This document shows positions 1 through 12,300 of a DNA stretch of 64,000 nt, one piece after another (position 1 is the first letter of the stretch; each line of letters opens with the position of its first letter). The translations under genes were made by a program, and so were the position numbers. This stretch comes from Tubiluchus corallicola (taxonomy: Eukaryota; Animalia; Priapulida), in contig JAQGDQ010000319.1 in the NCBI GenBank assembly GCA_030141605.1, forward strand, positions 206,596-270,595, in the 5' to 3' direction. The notes under the pieces were generated by a model that was given only the letters and a program-made list of their open reading frames with translations, was not told the DNA's origin and did not search any database.

Positions 1-1635
1 GCTAGTTGAGTTCCTGCTATTACTGACGTCTGAATAGAAACACAGATTAAAAGTTCATAATTATTAAACAAAAATACTACGTAGGCCTATCAAACATGAA
101 CAAAATCAATATCAGTCATTGACTTTCACGATTTGGTCATCTGAACGAAACAATTTCTGTTTGGGAGTCAGTTAGTTTGTAGATTTTAGAGCGTAAGGAG
201 TGGAGTCAGTACCATGTGACCTTTTCTCATACTACATACACACAAGCTTGAGTGGGACCTCAGTAGTGTAAATTACTCTGTGACGTGCTCTTATCTATGG
301 TTTACATTTTAATGTTTGTGATCACTAAGGTTTCCCCTCATTGTTTAAAGCGGGCCAACCACGAGGCAGCAGTCTTTGTGAATAAACATATTAATAAGCA
401 AGAAAGATTTATGTTAAATGTTCTATAAAGTTTCTAACAATGTAACTAATGTAGTCGAGACGTTACATACTCAAGTTCATACTCCGCCGCTGAAATTTCG
501 GAGCAAAAAAAGATAAAAACTCACCAGGTTAATGTCAATCATTCGTTTGTAGTCTATTTCATCTACAATTCCAGCTGTACACGAAACGATATCCAATCTA
601 CCAAACACTTCAAGTGTTCTTTGAAAAGCAGCCTTTAGTTCTGATTCATTGGTTACGTCAGTTCTGATGAATGTGGCTCTTCCTGTGCCAAATCTTGTGC
701 AAAGTTGTGAGGCTGTTTCCTTTCCTACTTCGACTTTAACATCAAGAATAGCAACACCCTGTGCTTAGAAATATAATCACTTGTACTGCTAAAGAAAAAT
801 TTAGCTATCATAAAATTATAATTGTAGAATGTAGCTATAATGAAGTATCTGACATGGTAAATATAGTATGATAAATGTGGTGATGCAGTACCCTAGCTAA
901 CAAATCATAGATACGATTACGATGGTACATACTTTTGATACCTATCACGTTAAATTGCACACTGTTATAGGTGGTGCTCTCAGATAAATGATCACTACTT
1001 TGGGGTTGCAGGAGAGATAAAGGAATTTCTAAACTTGATTTAATATAATCATGTACTTTCAACTTGCGTTTTCCGTAAAGCAGCAAAGCTTTGAAACGCA
1101 AATTCTTATGCAAAAGTTAACTAAAATTTGATCTTTCCTGATAGAAAATTATGCACGAAAAATGAATTTTAAAATGTTTTATCATATGTACGTAATTAGA
1201 ATTTAAAAACAAATAAAAGAAAACTATGAAAAAATAACAGCATAATTTTGGCTTCAATATTTTAGACAATAAATTTTACTAATCCAGAGAAGCTAAGTAC
1301 ACATTAAGTTGCTTCTCCTATACCTAGATATGGGTTATGTAAAAATAAACTAATTCCTAATGTCCTTTGCTTCTGGATGATGCTATAAAGGGGACAAGAA
1401 GGCAAGAAACTGAATGAATCAACGGGTTCACGATTGTTGAAGGAGGTGCAATATTTGGCAAGCCATGATTGATTCGAAATATCGGAATACAATTGCATTC
1501 ATTTTTACATTTTGAAACACTATGATGAACAGATTAACGAACCTTTGCTTCTTTTTCCAACAATGCCTCACAATATGCTTTTCCTATTCCTCGAGCACCT
1601 CCAGTAATGAGAGCTACCTTCCCTTCTATCTTCAT
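1..1635 (-). CDS. HPGD: 15-hydroxyprostaglandin dehydrogenase-like short-chain dehydrogenase/reductase, 5' exons only; continues beyond the left edge
   Basis: Exons complement(1543..1635, 525..758, <1..29), all GT-AG and phase 0. They give [31 protein letters not shown]|[78 protein letters not shown]|[10 protein letters not shown]. Rossmann TGxxxGxG, acidic D after beta2, DVT and FGRLDI..AG motifs match the HPGD family. The symbol is family-level; orthology is not tested. Confidence 0.88.
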
Positions 1636-4600
1636 GATTGGTCTATTTTCACTCCCTTTATAGCAACACTGAAAGACATAAGATCAGCTGCTGACAGAAG
1701 AGATCTAACATACAATTAAAATTTAGTCTTAATTAACTTTAAACTAATTACTAATACTTACTGATGGACCACCAACTTCATCTAAATGAAAACATCTGCG
1801 CTGGTAGATTTCACTGCTTTCTCCCTTAACCGGTTCCAGGTGTATTAATAACCCGTTAGTGTTACAGTATCAGGTAATAGGCTGTTGATGAAACGATAAG
1901 AAGGGAATGAGGGTAAATTGTTTCTCGTCGGACCATGCGCGATGCCTAAAGCTAAACCTGTAGAGCAGTTTGTTGCTTTGTTGGTCCAGTTTCACAGGTC
2001 TTGTTGAACTGATCTCCTTGCTTGCAGGTATTGAGATCTAAACAGACCTAGGTTACTTTTCATTTTTCATCTATATCACCATTACTCACTCTAATTACCA
2101 CTGTAAGCTATTATAAAGCTAGGTCAAATATTTCACCTATGAAGTATCCTATTCAGAGTGATTCAGTTTTTAAAATAAGTTTTAACTTTTATGAAGATGA
2201 ACATTTATATGATTATCGCAAAGATAGTGCGGGTAGTTTTTTCCTCTAGATCGGATGGCATTAACCCTTACAAGACCGTTGTCACTTAATGTCACGGTCG
2301 GACATGACGAAATTTAATGTGCTCACTTGGAACACAAAAAAGCGATGTAATCACAGAACACAGCAAACTATCACGGAAGCCGCCATTCAAGCGCTCAAAT
2401 GTGCAAGAAATGCGAGAAGCAATCTGATTGGCTGGCATTAAGACCAATTAGCCAATCTCTAGGCTTCTATTATCGGGCCTGTTGAGCTGTCCAGTCGTCG
2501 TCTTGGTTAGCGCAGGTAGAACATTTTGACTTGGGTATTTTACAAAATAATTTATAAATAAATAAATTATAAATACAATTGTAAAATAACTAAGTGAAAA
2601 TGATCTACCTGCTATGACCAAGAAGATGACTGGGCAGACCAATTTGTAAGTAGCCAGCAAGTTGAAAAAGTGTGGTCACTCCTGATATAGGGGGATTCAC
2701 AGATTTTAGTTTCAGCTTAGGCTCAGTGGTACACACCTCAGTCAGTGGCTGTTTCATCCTTTCATCAGATGTAGTGTTCTTATAGATCAGAATCATCGAT
2801 AAGAAAAAGAGGAAGATTGAAGAAGAACAGCGAGTCAAAACATTAATATGCACTGTACTATACAGACTGTGTGATACACATTCCTCATATGCATTGTAAT
2901 GAAATTAGCACTATCTCTCGTGAAAGTAGAAATATATGGTTTTTAATATAAATTTCAATAACTTCTAAAATAGTTTCTTGAGTGCAGTAGTAATGATGTG
3001 CGCAAATCGGATGCAAAAAAAGTCGCTATTTGGTCCTACTGTACTTGGCTCCTTACCAAATTGCATGTGGCTCACAGGAATTGCAGCTAAGTTTAATGTG
3101 GCCCGGCTAGTCAGATAATTTCCACGCCCCTGGCATAGATTGATTAAAAGGGCAAGTGCTTTTAATCTGTGGTTATTGCCTTACTTTGGTTCACTTCCTG
3201 ACCTTACAAACTTTACCTCTCCCTGCCTTCTTTACGTCACCTTACATCATCTGATCTTTCGTGACATTATCATATCTCATTTTATCTTACCTTACCTTAC
3301 CTTACTCTTACATTAAACTGTCTCACATGACTTTCACCTGCCTCACATCAACTCTCTCTGTTTTCTTTACTTATTACCAGTTTCTAACATTAGCTAACAT
3401 TGCATTTTACATGACCTCGTAATAGCTTGACTTTTCTTCTTCATATTTCAAATCATGGTACTCATGGGCGCCGGCAGGCGGATGCACTGACGCACGTGCG
3501 TCCACATAATTTCTCGAGAAAATTTTTTTATGGCTAAATAAAGTTTTTTACCAGTAAACCATGACACAGTAAAAGTAAAGTAAAGTAAAAAATTTATTTG
3601 TCTTTGAATGTTACAAAATAAACATAAACAAAAGCTAAAAACTAAAATAAAGACGGAAAAGAGACGGGGTGGCGAAAAGACCAAGGGTCACCAAGTCAAC
3701 CACCCCTATCCAAACTGAAGAAAATTAAGTGACCTGTCAAGTAAGGTATGTACAAATGAAAATAATCAGCAACTTAACAAAAAAAATAAATAAATGAAAC
3801 AACAAATTCAAATGAGTTTAAATTTAGAAACAGTAAATAAATTTGGCAATGAGAAGAGGCAAAATTTAAATTAGCAAACAAAACGGAAAATTTAAACTCA
3901 TCAAAAACAAAATTAATAATTAAATTTAATAAATAACTAATACACACCAACCCTTGTTTGTCTGCGCAATCCCCGAGCAGTCAGCTGATTTGCATTTTGA
4001 AGTTACGTTTATGTACACCACTTGTCTAGACAGTTTTTAGCTAACTGTAACTGCAATTCTGCATTTAGGGGGTGACCCAAGGGACTTGCTCCCCTTTCAC
4101 TGCAGTAGTGAAATTATGAGTCACGAGTTTGATCTGAATTTGCCTGAGGAAATAGCTTCTAGCAACCACAAAATGGTCCATAATGCAGTAAAATTGCATT
4201 TAGCAGTGAACAGTGGGAAAAATTAGCACGCATGCAAACTTATTAAATCTTGCATGAACAGTGGGTGGGCGGTAAACTTAAGTCTCAAATCAGTTTTATG
4301 TTTGATTATCAACATTTTGCTGGATAAATAATCTTGACATTAAATAAGTTAAGCTTAAGCAATGAGTCATCCGCATTGCAGTGTATTACAAACTTGCTTT
4401 CAAGAGCAAACACATTTGATCCGCTTTGCTCAGCGATCCACTTTACCCGGGGCTCCCCTATAACTATTACAATAGACTACGATGAATATTACCTACGTAA
4501 ATGTAGGTAAAATAAATTTATTTAAGCAGAATATGTCACATTTGAGAAAGTTTGTGTACCAGAATTTAGATCTCATTTGAGTGAGGCGTCCAAAATGTGC

Positions 4601-5223
4601 TTAAATACAGGAAAATGCATTGGTGGCCGGACCCCGCGGGGAAGCTTACAGCGCTCCTCCAACCCCCCCCCCCCCCCTAGCTGCTTGTGCGTCCAATTTT
4701 TTAAAATTTGGTGACGCCTATGATAGCATTTAATCTACTTTTAACTTAACAGCAAATTCCCTTGTAATTCCACCTGATCATACCCTATTTTATCTTATCT
4801 AGTCACTTGCCTAAAAATGAGGTATTTGAACCGATTTCAAAAACTTAAGCGGGAAGATTGTTACTCGATCAAATTGTGTTCATTATTTTAAGCCTTTTTA
4901 GTGTTCTTAGCTTTGTAATTCCTTTGCTGGTATTCTCATACTGAAATGAAAATTCTAGCAAATAATAACGTCACTCATAGTAATTACCACTCTGAACTAT
5001 TATAATGTTAGGTCAAAAATTTCACTTACATGATGTATTGCGTAATTTCACTTAAGATGTATCTCAGTTAGTCTTAAAATAAGTTTTAACTTTTAACTAA
5101 TTCGTTAATGGATACATATATACAGCTTCTCGGAGTTTTTTCTGCAGAAACAATGGAAAAGAAACAATGGACTGTTGCATTGTTGTAAAAAAGGAATTAA
5201 ATTTTGCCTTTTTGTCCAGAGCA

Positions 5224-5242
5224 TAATAATAATAATAATAAT

Positions 5243-5290
<48 letters not shown>
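5224..5290. repeat. (TAA)n microsatellite
   Basis: Direct reading. Confidence 0.95.
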
Positions 5291-5510
5291 TACAGAAAAA
5301 TAAGAAGAAAAATAGTACAAATTACCAAAAAATAAAAATAATTGAATAAAGTTACATACATAAATGAGAGCAAAAGAATGCAGTTTTTGGGGACAACAAA
5401 AAATCATCCGTAATAATATGAAGCCTCCATATTTGTATTCTGTCTATAACTAGACAATTTTGGTAAATACGTTCTTGAAAATTTTATTGATATGGTAATT
5501 TATACTATAG

Positions 5511-5879
5511 ATTCTCCAGAAACTGCCAAAACTCGTCATATAAGAGCGGCACTTATAGATGGTAATATGGTAATCAATCTAACTTTCTGCATACCTGATG
5601 ACTACGAAGACGTGGTATGGACCATTCCAGGGGACAAGCAAATTGTATTTACTCATTATAGTACGTATGATACGTATGGTGATCGTGTTAAAGGTAGCAT
5701 TGAACCGACGACTTCACTGGGAGCTTTAATAAAGTGTCACTTTACAGAACTGATCATTGAATCACCAACATCAGCAGACAGTGGAAACTATTCGTTGCAG
5801 GTGTCTACATTCAAATATTTTGAAAGTTATAGAAAATACATCAATGTTGGAAAACTCTTTACGACTACCAGTGAACCAG
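5511..5879 (+). CDS. Isolated immunoglobulin-like (V-set-like) domain exon; rest of gene not resolved
   Basis: 369-nt open exon between tatactatag| and |gtacgt, phase 1-1 as is typical of Ig-domain exons. Translation contains LTFC (B strand), VVW (C strand) and ELIIESPTSADSGNYSLQV (L-x-I...D-S-G-x-Y, E-F strands). Confidence 0.65.
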
Positions 5880-5899
5880 GTACGTTTCGTATATTATCA

Positions 5900-5946
<47 letters not shown>

Positions 5947-6565
5947 CTATTACTATCACTAATTGTGTTACTGTTGCTACTACTATTGCTATAGCTAGTA
6001 AATTTATTAAAAGTATAAGTACCTTTAATCCTTGTTATTGTTATGTTATATTATATTGTGATATTATTGTTATTGAGTTATTGTTACGCAAGATGGAGGT
6101 CTACAAATAAAATGTGTAAAAATTAAGAGGGTCAAGTTTTATTTCATTTTCTTGTACTGGCATTGTCTGACTATTTAATTTACAAAATTTATTCCTGATA
6201 GCATTGATGATGCCTCAGGAAAGTGCAAGTAGAACTGCATTTCCATGCAATCACAGAGTCTTGTCTGCTCTGTTATTAGCTTCAGCGCATCAGAACCAGG
6301 ACGCGCTGAAATGCAGCCTCTACCCATATTGATAGTTTTGTTATTGACAAAGAGAACTTCAAAATATAGTTTTGGTATAAATATAAGAAAATCACAACAC
6401 ACTCATTGCAGTTTCAAAAAATCAAATTCTATGGAAACAGTCCGATGTTACTGCGCATTAGAATCCATTTCTTCGCTGTCTTACGTCAAAACATAAAAAA
6501 GTGTTGTTCTTATATGTTTCACAAAATAGTTCACAACATTGATGTTTCGTTGTTATTATTACACC

Positions 6566-8362
6566 AAGTTCTGTGGCCGTATTAAGCAAGTTGATTAACC
6601 TGCTCTTATACTAACTATTGTTGAAGTTCTATGGCCGTATTAGGCAAGTTGATTAACCTGCTCTTATACTAACTATTGTTGAAGTTCTATGGCCGTATTA
6701 AGCAAGTTGATTAACCTGCTCTTATACTAACTATTGTTGAAGTTCTATGGCCGTATTAGGCAAGTTGGTTAACCTGCTCTTATACTAACTATTGCCGAAG
6801 TTCTATGGCCGTATTAGGCAAGTTGATTAACCTGCTCTTATACTAACTATTGTTGAAGTTCTACGGCCGTATTAGGCAAGTTGATTAACCTGCTCTTATA
6901 CTAACTATTGTTGAAGTTCTATGGCCGTATTAAGCAAGTTGATTAACCTGCTCTTATACTAACTATTGCCGAAGTTCTATGGCCGTATTAAGCAAGTTGA
7001 TTAACCTGCTCTTATACTAACTATTGTTGAAGTTCTACGGCTGTATTAGGCAAGTTGATTAATCTGCTCTTATACTAACTATTGTTGAAGTTCTATGGCC
7101 GTATTAGGCAAGTTGATTAATCTGCTTTTATACTAACTATTGTTGACGTTCTATGGCCGTATTAGGCAATTTGATTAACTTGCTCTTATACTAAATATTG
7201 TTGAAGTTCTATGGCCGTATTAGACAAGTTGATTAACCTGCTCTTATACTAAATATTGTTGAAGTTCTATGGCCGTATTAGGCAAGTTGATTAACCTGCT
7301 TTTATACTAACTATTGTTGAAGTTCTATGGCCGTATTAGGCAAGTTGATTAACCTGCTCTTATACTAACTATTGTTGAAGTTCTATGGCCGTATTAGGCA
7401 AGTTGATTAACCTGCTCTTAAACTAACTATTGTTGAAGTTCTATGGCCGTATTAGGCAAGTTGATTAACCTGCTCTTATACTAACTATTGTTGAAGTTCT
7501 ATGGCCGTATTAAGCAAGTTGATTAACCTGCTCTTATACTAACTATTGTTGAAGTTCTATGGCCGTATTAGGCAAGTTGGTTAACCTGCTCTTATACTAA
7601 CTATTGCCGAAGTTCTATGGCCGTATTAGCAAGTTGATTAACCTGCTCTTATACTAACTATTGTTGAAGTTCTATGGCCGTATTAAGCAAGTTGATTAAC
7701 CTGCTCTTATACTAACTATTGTTGAAGTTCTATGGCCGTATTAAGCAAGTTGATTAACCTGCTCTTATACTAACTATTGTTGAAGTTCTATGGCCGCATT
7801 AGGCAAGTTGATTAACCTGCTCTTATACTAACTATTGTTGAAGTTCTATGGCCGTATTAAGCAAGTTGATTAACCTGCTCTTATACTAACTATTGTCGAA
7901 GTTCTATGGCCGTATTAGACAAGTTGATTAACCTGCTCTTATACTAACTATTGTTGAAGTTCTATGGCCGTATTAAGCAAGTTGATTAACCTGCTCTTAT
8001 ACTAACTATTGCCGAAGTTCTATGGCCGTATTAAGCAAGTTGATTAACCTGCTCTTATACTAACTATTGTTGAAGTTCTATGGCCGTATTAGGCAAGTTG
8101 ATTAACCTGCTCTTATACTAAATATTGTTGAAGTTCTATGGCTGTATTATGCAAGTTGATTAACCTGCTTTTATACTAACTATTGTTGAAGTTCTATGGC
8201 CGTATTAGGCAAGTTGATTAACCTGCTCTTATACTAAATATTGTTGAAGTTCTATGGCCGTATTAGGCAAGTTGATTAACCTGCTCTTATACTAACTGTT
8301 GTTGAAGTTCTATGGCCGTATTAGGCAAGTTGATTAACCTGCTCTTATACTAACTATTGTTG
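6566..8362. repeat. 58-bp tandem satellite, about 31 copies
   Basis: Unit gaagttctatggccgtattaggcaagttgattaacctgctcttatactaactattgtt, head-to-tail, few substitutions, no spacers. Confidence 0.97.
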
Positions 8363-8452
8363 TATTGAAACAAATTTCAGTGGCATGTCCGTTGAATTGG
8401 TTCATATCTGGGCCACATTTACAGAATTTCATCAGGGTAGGTTTGCAAATGT

Positions 8453-9274
8453 TTACAACATGACACTGTGGAGTACTAGAAGACTAAGTTGTATCAATAG
8501 CCTGCAGACAGGTACTGATAATGTGGCTGTGTCAGGACATGTGGGGGTAGTAGAAACTGGTCGATCAGTAGGATCCGCCAGATTTTTGAAAAATACTGGA
8601 TACTTGTCAGGACTTAACCAAGGAATTTCAACAGACGTAATTTCCTCTGGATTGTCTTCATCTTCTTTGAAGTACAGTACTGCATCGGTCCTCAGCGTGC
8701 TGTGAGTCAGGTGCCAAAATCGACCATAAAAGCTCAAAAAGAAGGCATCCTTCTCCGAATCGAGCGGGTCGAGATAGCCAGTGCCCAGACCCATTTCGAA
8801 GTGCAGCGAGTCCATTGTAGCATTGTACGAAATATGGACCGTTCCTCCGAAATGGTGTTTGTACTCGCCGACGTAATCTTCAAGAGACCTCAATGAGGTT
8901 CTTGCAGTTTTCGAGTTTTGAGGCATTTCTTTAAAATTGGATTCTTCGTCGAGTCCTTGCTTCCAAGCTTCCGGAAATGGAAATGAGCAGGCAGTGGTGT
9001 TATCCAGCCACGGATCAAGTTCCAGCAAGATATCTGCAGCAGAGAAGGCAGCAAGTTGCAGTGCAAGGATGTTTTGGGCATCGGTTGGACCGTTATTACT
9101 GATGAAGACACCAGCATTTACATCTGGAAGAACCAACATCTCTGCATTGTAACCAGTCAGTGCACCATCATGGTATAAACCACGAAAACCTGAATGAAAA
9201 ATTTAGTACAGTGTTCCGTATTCATATTTCTCGTTTCAGTATCTATCTATTATATTAATATTCTTGGTATGTTT

Positions 9275-9333
<59 letters not shown>

Positions 9334-12300
9334 GATTCGAGGCTACAGCCCGGACGAGGGCACCATTTGCGGCCATCTATACATCAAACGAAAGGTCTCG
9401 ATCTAGTGTCGTCTCATTGGGGGTTTATTTTTCGAGTGGGGCCCACCGAGAGGAACGGGGGGCAAAAAACCTCCAAAAATGGCCATTTTTCGGCCGTTTT
9501 TTGCAAAAGTTATACGGCTGAGATGTGGAGAACGGGAATGGGCCGAGGAGGGTGCTGGGTATGGATAGATAGCCCGTTCAGCGGTGGGTGTCATAGGGAT
9601 ATATATTTAGAATTCGCGATAGGGCCACGGCGTCCCGCAACGGGCGTTTTCCCGGACCCAACTCGCGATTTTTTCGAAATTTTGACCAAACAGCCTGCGG
9701 AAAAAATGTTCTAGCGGCGCCTGGTGGGACTCCTGTTATATATTAATGCCAGAACGAGTGCACGTATATTCATTTTTTAAAGCAAACTTGTTCGGAAAGA
9801 AGAAAATGTCAGGATTGAATCAAGAACTTTTGCATTACAAGTGTTAGTGCTGTGATCACTAGACTATACAGTAGGGTTGAGCATTCTCTACCAGAAAGTG
9901 AATTCGAATCGAACCGAATTTGTGACTTTCAAATTCGAATCGAACCGAACTTCAGTGTTTCGAATTCGAACCGAATTCGAATTGAGATTGAAAGATTTTC
10001 GAACAAGTTTTCGAACCACCAGTAAAAATTAGTCTTACAAAGATCATGCCTATCACTAGATTTTGTTCTGCAATAAGACGAATAGTAATTTCTTTAAAAT
10101 TGTGCACAGAAATCACTTCTAAATTAAGCTAATTGCATGATGTTTCAATCGTTTTAATGATGAAGAACATATGTGATTGAAGTACTGAATTATTCGAATC
10201 TATAGTCTTGGATTCGAATCGAGTTCGAAATAAAAAAAACTCGTTCGAATCGAATTCGAACGTTCGATGCTCACGCTTACTATACAGACCTGTTATACTC
10301 ATTAAGCAACTTACTTTAGTAATATTATAACAGTCGTTTTACAATGCATCTTACAGTATATAATATGATACGAACACTAGTGTCCTATAGACATTGTGAA
10401 TATTTGCAGACCAATGGCTTCACGTTTGAGGAGAAGCCCAGGTGTTAGTGATGCCAGACAGCTGCTAATAAAAGACCGAGGGACGCACAAAGCGGGATAG
10501 ATAGTTTGGGAAACGTTTCTATAAAATAATTATACTGGGATTTCATTTACCATATGGAATTTTAATATTACTGTTGTTATGTATTAGAGCGCGGGACTAC
10601 TTTGTGATGTTTACGATAGACGTAATGGGCATATGATGATGATTATTGCTTTGCTGCTTTTCCATTGTCTTTTTTCATTAGCATTGTTTGTGGAATGTCT
10701 TGTTAAGTTCATTAAGGCCCGTTGCTAATGACGACGACGGATCATTAATGCTCTGTTATTCTCACGATTACGCCTGCATTTTGATTAATGTCCAGTGTAT
10801 TCCGTTGTGTTCGTGTTAATAATTTCTTTTTCATTTGCAAATAAACGCTTTCCCCCGCACGTGTAAGCCTATTATCACGCAAAAATCATTAAAATAATTT
10901 TGAATTGAACTGAAGGCTTGGTATTTACCTCTGTAGGTGGCGCTGTAAAATCCAAGTCCATACCCCACCGTAGTTATTGTCACCGGAATTTTTGGCTGTC
11001 CAACAAACCAATTATACTGCTGGTGTTCCCTGTGCAGCTGTTGAAACAGTTCAGCTGAAACCATTTCACTGCCATCTTCCGGGTTCGTTCCGTTTCCTAA
11101 TTGGAACATCAGCCATTGCGCCATTTCAGTTGGTTTAACACAAAGCCCGCCAGCTGGCTCTGCTGGATGAACAATCCTGAAAACGCAGCATTATGACCGA
11201 TAGAATAGAAATGTTAATCTCATTAGTGGCTAAACAAAAATGACAGTGTAATAACAGTAAACTTAATAAGTCCTGACTGAATGAAGCCAATAGCAAAGAT
11301 TTACAAGAGATGTCGCCAGTAATTACATTAAAAAGTCGATTACCTTTGGCTTTGACTTTTGAAATTGGTTCACATTAAATTTTAAAACAAAACACGAAAC
11401 AAATTTCACAAATCTGAATTTGAATTATTATTTGCCTTACTCAACCACAATTTTGTCTACTCTAGCAAAGCCTTCATCCAATACAAAAGCGTGTGGCTTG
11501 GCTATTGTGTCCCATTCTTCTGGATGCAGATCTGGCGACATAAATACGGCTGATTTCATATGCAGTGGATCCAGTAAGTTCTCTTTTACAAGCTCTTCAT
11601 AGGTTTTGCCAGAACCATCTATAATTTCTGCTGCTCGACCCGCAAGAGCGTAATAGTAATTGTTGTAAGAGAACTCTGTTCGAAGAGGTACGACTTCCTC
11701 TAAGAACTGCAGACGACTGAAACAGATTCATTGCATATTAACTGAAGACAACTCACAAAATTTCTGATAAATTTCTTTTTTTAGGTTTCTGAGGGGTATT
11801 TAGAAGATTCTTCTCGAAAAGTGCTTGCCGTATATCAGGTCCCCGTGCAAGTACTTCGTATCACTGTTGCCTCTTAATGTGTTTAAAAAACGTTTCTGTA
11901 TTTGGAGCAGTTGAATATAACTACAACTTGCTCAATATATAACATGTTTAAACAAGTCACGCAACAACGATAAACTTCGTTCAGCATCCCATTGTTAATC
12001 TGACAAACGCGAACTCTGCAAAAAAAATTGTGGTTAAGCTGACAACGACAACTGTTAACACAACCATACTACGTTATAATCATAATTCATGATAATAATA
12101 ATTTACTCGCTTCAAATCTATTAAATGCTGTAGGGGTTTATAGTCAAAAATAGATAAAAAGTGTGAGTAAGAATGCATCATAATGAACTTAAAAATTATA
12201 CACTTTACTAAAAACAAAAGAGCATAGTTAAATAATACCTATAATATAAATCTACAGAAAAAATGTAGGATATAATGGAAATCCAGTTTAAATTAATTTA

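Noticed and set aside
2080-2190. Short dispersed duplications (2080-2190 vs 4970-5095; 11863-11910 vs 12353-12401)
   Set aside because: Real similarity but too short and unstructured to classify; probably TE debris.
6202-6332. Possible terminal exon of the Ig gene (ALMMPQES...SLYPY*)
   Set aside because: Phase-compatible, but with a weak acceptor and no recognisable TM or domain features; insufficient support.
6566-8362. Regular repeat arrays (also 15880-17680, 26420-26980, 60715-61640) as CRISPR arrays
   Set aside because: Units are head-to-tail with no unique spacers, there are no cas genes, and the context is eukaryotic.
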